The position numbers and the translations under genes were made by a program. A stretch of 64,000 nt of DNA from Macrostomum lignano (Eukaryota), in the NCBI GenBank assembly GCA_002269645.1, contig NIVC01000799.1, positions 154,720 to 218,719 on the forward strand. The letters are read 5' to 3'. Below, one piece after another: positions 61,331-64,000 of the stretch (position 1 is its first letter; each line of letters starts with the position of its first letter). Under the pieces are notes generated by a model, which ran no database searches, was not told the origin of the DNA, and saw nothing but the letters and a program-made list of their open reading frames with translations.

Positions 61331-61474
61331 GAGCGCATACAAGCGCGCCAATAATGTACTTTCTAATTGTCAGGAATGTGTGTGCAGTCTCTGTGCCTTG
61401 GGGAGCGCATACAAGCGCGCCAATAATGTACTTTCTAATTGTAAGGAATGTGTGTGCACTCTCTGTGCCTTGGG
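61331..61474. repeat. 72-bp tandem duplication
   Basis: gagcgcatacaagcgcgccaataatgtactttctaattgt... at 61331 and 61403. Confidence 0.9.
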
Positions 61475-62834
61475 GTTGGCCCTCATAGCTGTTGAATCGC
61501 ACGACAGGCCTCTGAGAATCCCGGTTGCCTGCCGGATGTTCTCCTCGATATCCGGGTCGATTCTCCAACAGTGTTGCACGATTCGCACCGCTTTTACTTG
61601 TCAAAACTGAACGGAAATTGGGTGGCGCTGCCGGCATTTCAATCGGCGCAGGCTGCACTGATTCTTTTCCCGCTGTTGGGAAGGGAGGGAGCAGCGACTT
61701 TGACGGGGAAATCGAATGCCCTGAAAGCAGAGCATAGTAGAGTAGGACGAGCGCTACGACCCCCCCCCCCCGCCAGAAGCAGAATGATCTACCAGCCAGC
61801 AAAGATCGAAGCTCGTTGGCCCCAGGGGACAGTCGGCAGAGAGGTAAGAGTACCGTGGTGTGGCGAAAGAAGGGGTAGCATAGCAAAAGCCGAAGGCGCA
61901 CCCCACCAAGTTGAGGTGAGGCTCTCGTCTATAACTGTTTCTAATTCTTCCACGCGTGATTGAGTCGACATTCGGGTCGGGCGCGGCTCCAACTTATTGT
62001 ATAATATAATACATACTGAATAGGAATAGTGCACTTTCACTATTTCTACTTTCATTTGCAACACTTCAGCAGATTCGCTTGACTTTCAGGGCCGCGGTTA
62101 GCCGAGGAAGGGTGGAAGAGCTGATGGCTAGAAATTCTGGTCCATTTTAAAGAGGAGAAACGAAAGAAAACTTACAGAGAAAGGGGAGAAAGGGATGCGA
62201 GGAGGGAGGTTGTTGCAGTGCCTTTATAATTCTTGATTGAAAATTATCGATTTTTATAAGTCGCCAGCTAATAAGCTCGACTCTTCTCAACTACGAGTAT
62301 ATAGTGGTCAATGTTAGACACGTTGAAATATTACTATTTTTTAACCCTCGCCTTCACCAATAAATTTATTTCTGGTTTGCTTGTTTGCTGCAGAATAAAA
62401 GTGAAGAAATGGACAATAACTGTGCCGTATCGATTAGAATTAGGATTAGGATTAGGATTAGAATTAGGCTCTCCTGAGGCCTCGCGCAGTTTTGCACAAA
62501 AGGCTCACGAGGACTGCAGAAGAAGCTACCACCCCAGAATTAAATGCGGCCACACCGCCCTGAAAACCGAGTTCCGGATCTTTGGTAACCAGCAGACCAA
62601 AAAAAGAGTTCACTCATTTAGTGAACTCTTGCCAGGTTAGGGGCATCGTCGAGAAGTCCTGCTTGTTACTTTCGTTGGAGCGAAGCTTCACAAGCTCTAC
62701 AATGGAAAGTTTTCGAGCTAGAAGAAGCGACTGGCGAATTTTGAGCTTGTAAATCTGGGGTGTGCCGGCCCTCGGGTCCTTTGAAACTTCACAATAGCGA
62801 TCCGGCCCGCTCCGGGTTTGTGACTCTTCTCTTT

Positions 62835-63460
62835 TCTTTTTAACTCCTCTCCTCTCTCACCCCCCTCCCCTCGCTTCTCTCTCCCCTCCTCTCTCTTTCC
62901 CTTCGCCTACTTCCCTCTCCCTCTCCTCTCTCGCCTCTCTCTCCTTCTCTCTCCCCTCCTCTGTTGCCTCTCTCCCCTCCTCTGTTCCCTCTCTCCCCCT
63001 CTGTTGCCTCTCTCCCCTCCTCTCTCCCTCTCTCTCCTCCTCTGTTCCCTCTCTCCCCTCCTCTCTCCCTCCTCTTTCCCTCGTCTCTCCCCTCGTCTCT
63101 CCCCTCCTCTCTCGCTCTCCTCCATTCTTCCCTCCTCTCTCGCCTCTTCTCTCGCCTCCTCTCTCGCCTCCTCTCTCCCCTCCTCTGTTGCCTCTCTCCC
63201 TCCTCTGTTCCCTCCCTCCCCTCCTCTGTTGCCTCTCTCCCCTCCTCTGTTCCCTCCCTCCCCTCCTCTGTTGCCTCTCTCCCCTCCTCTGTTGCCTCTC
63301 TCCCCTCCTCTGTTCCCTCTCTCCCCTCCTCTGTTCCCTCTCTCCCCTCCTCTGTTCCCTCTCTCCCCTCCTCTCTCCCCTCCTTTGTTCCTTCCTCTCT
63401 CCCCTCCTCTGTCCACTCCTCTCTCCCCTCCTCTCTCCCTCTCTCTCCTCTCCCCTCACT
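62835..63460. repeat. CT-rich low-complexity tract
   Basis: ctctcccctcctctgtt-type units. The ORFs here are artefacts. Confidence 0.9.
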
Positions 63461-64000
63461 CATTAGGCTCTTCAGAGTCTCCGACTAATTCTGATGTGCA
63501 CAGTGTCTGCGCACGTTTTTAATTTACATTTGCGCACTCTCCACTCACCCATCGAACTCTCAGTTTCTTGCCTTTACATCGGAGAACACCTGGCTTAAAA
63601 ATACGAGTATTCGCGTCAGTGTCAGTCCTGAGGAAGAGCATAGAATATTCGAAATATCGTCACTTTGCTTATACATCTGCGTTACGGCCTCAGTTTTTGA
63701 GGACTACTCTTCCGTCTCCCCTCTCTCAGTTTTTTCAGTAACTGCTTGAGCCCTTCAAAAGTATCCAAGTAACAAAGATTAGATGATGTAGAGATCCATG
63801 AAACGAGAAATTTAGACGGATTAGACAGCCGCCGAGTCACCGGCTTCGAGTTCCGGAGAGTTGTAGGGAAACGGAGGCACAGGAAAAGAGAGGGAAAAGC
63901 AAACGATACCCAGAGGGAAAGGGGAGAGTGCGAGACCACCTGGCTGAGTTGCCATGGCCCAGTGTTTGCCCTCTACCCTGTTTACACTCGCTTGCACTAT

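Noticed and set aside
61000-62000. Several 70-200 aa ORFs on both strands
   Set aside because: No domain similarity recognised, and they are partly generated by the 72-bp duplication.
62087-62776. Possible CAGGGCCG..CCGGCCCT transposon ends
   Set aside because: The TIR match is short and there is no target-site duplication.

Overview
Eukaryotic, intron-containing metazoan DNA. Introns and intergenic DNA are AT-rich, exons are GC-rich and Ala/Gly/Gln-rich, and there are TTAGGG-type repeats. The style suggests a free-living flatworm such as Macrostomum, but that is inference. No prokaryotic genes or CRISPR arrays are present. Contents: (1) an 8-copy tandem array of a phase-1/phase-1 exon plus intron with a variable (GCA)n poly-Ala tract (1.1-5.8 kb); (2) two divergently oriented eIF2-beta genes, 21 kb apart, whose main exon and 3' flank are about 99% identical but whose first coding micro-exons and introns are unrelated; (3) a 4.2-kb gag-deleted Mag-like Ty3/gypsy element with a 5-bp TSD, carrying in its pol an inverted PPT-LTR-PBS piece that matches plus-strand strong-stop cDNA; (4) a two-exon PPC/DUF296 gene; (5) on the minus strand, a CAP/SCP gene, an Elk/TCF-type ETS gene with a 1-nt frameshift and a cluster of upstream ETS sites, and the 3' half of an EGF + transmembrane receptor-like gene; (6) tRNA-derived SINEs, several MITE/foldback elements (one carrying a 28S rRNA fragment that spans the R2 target site) and many mini/microsatellites. 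All gene models were built by hand from splice signals and reading frame and need RNA confirmation.
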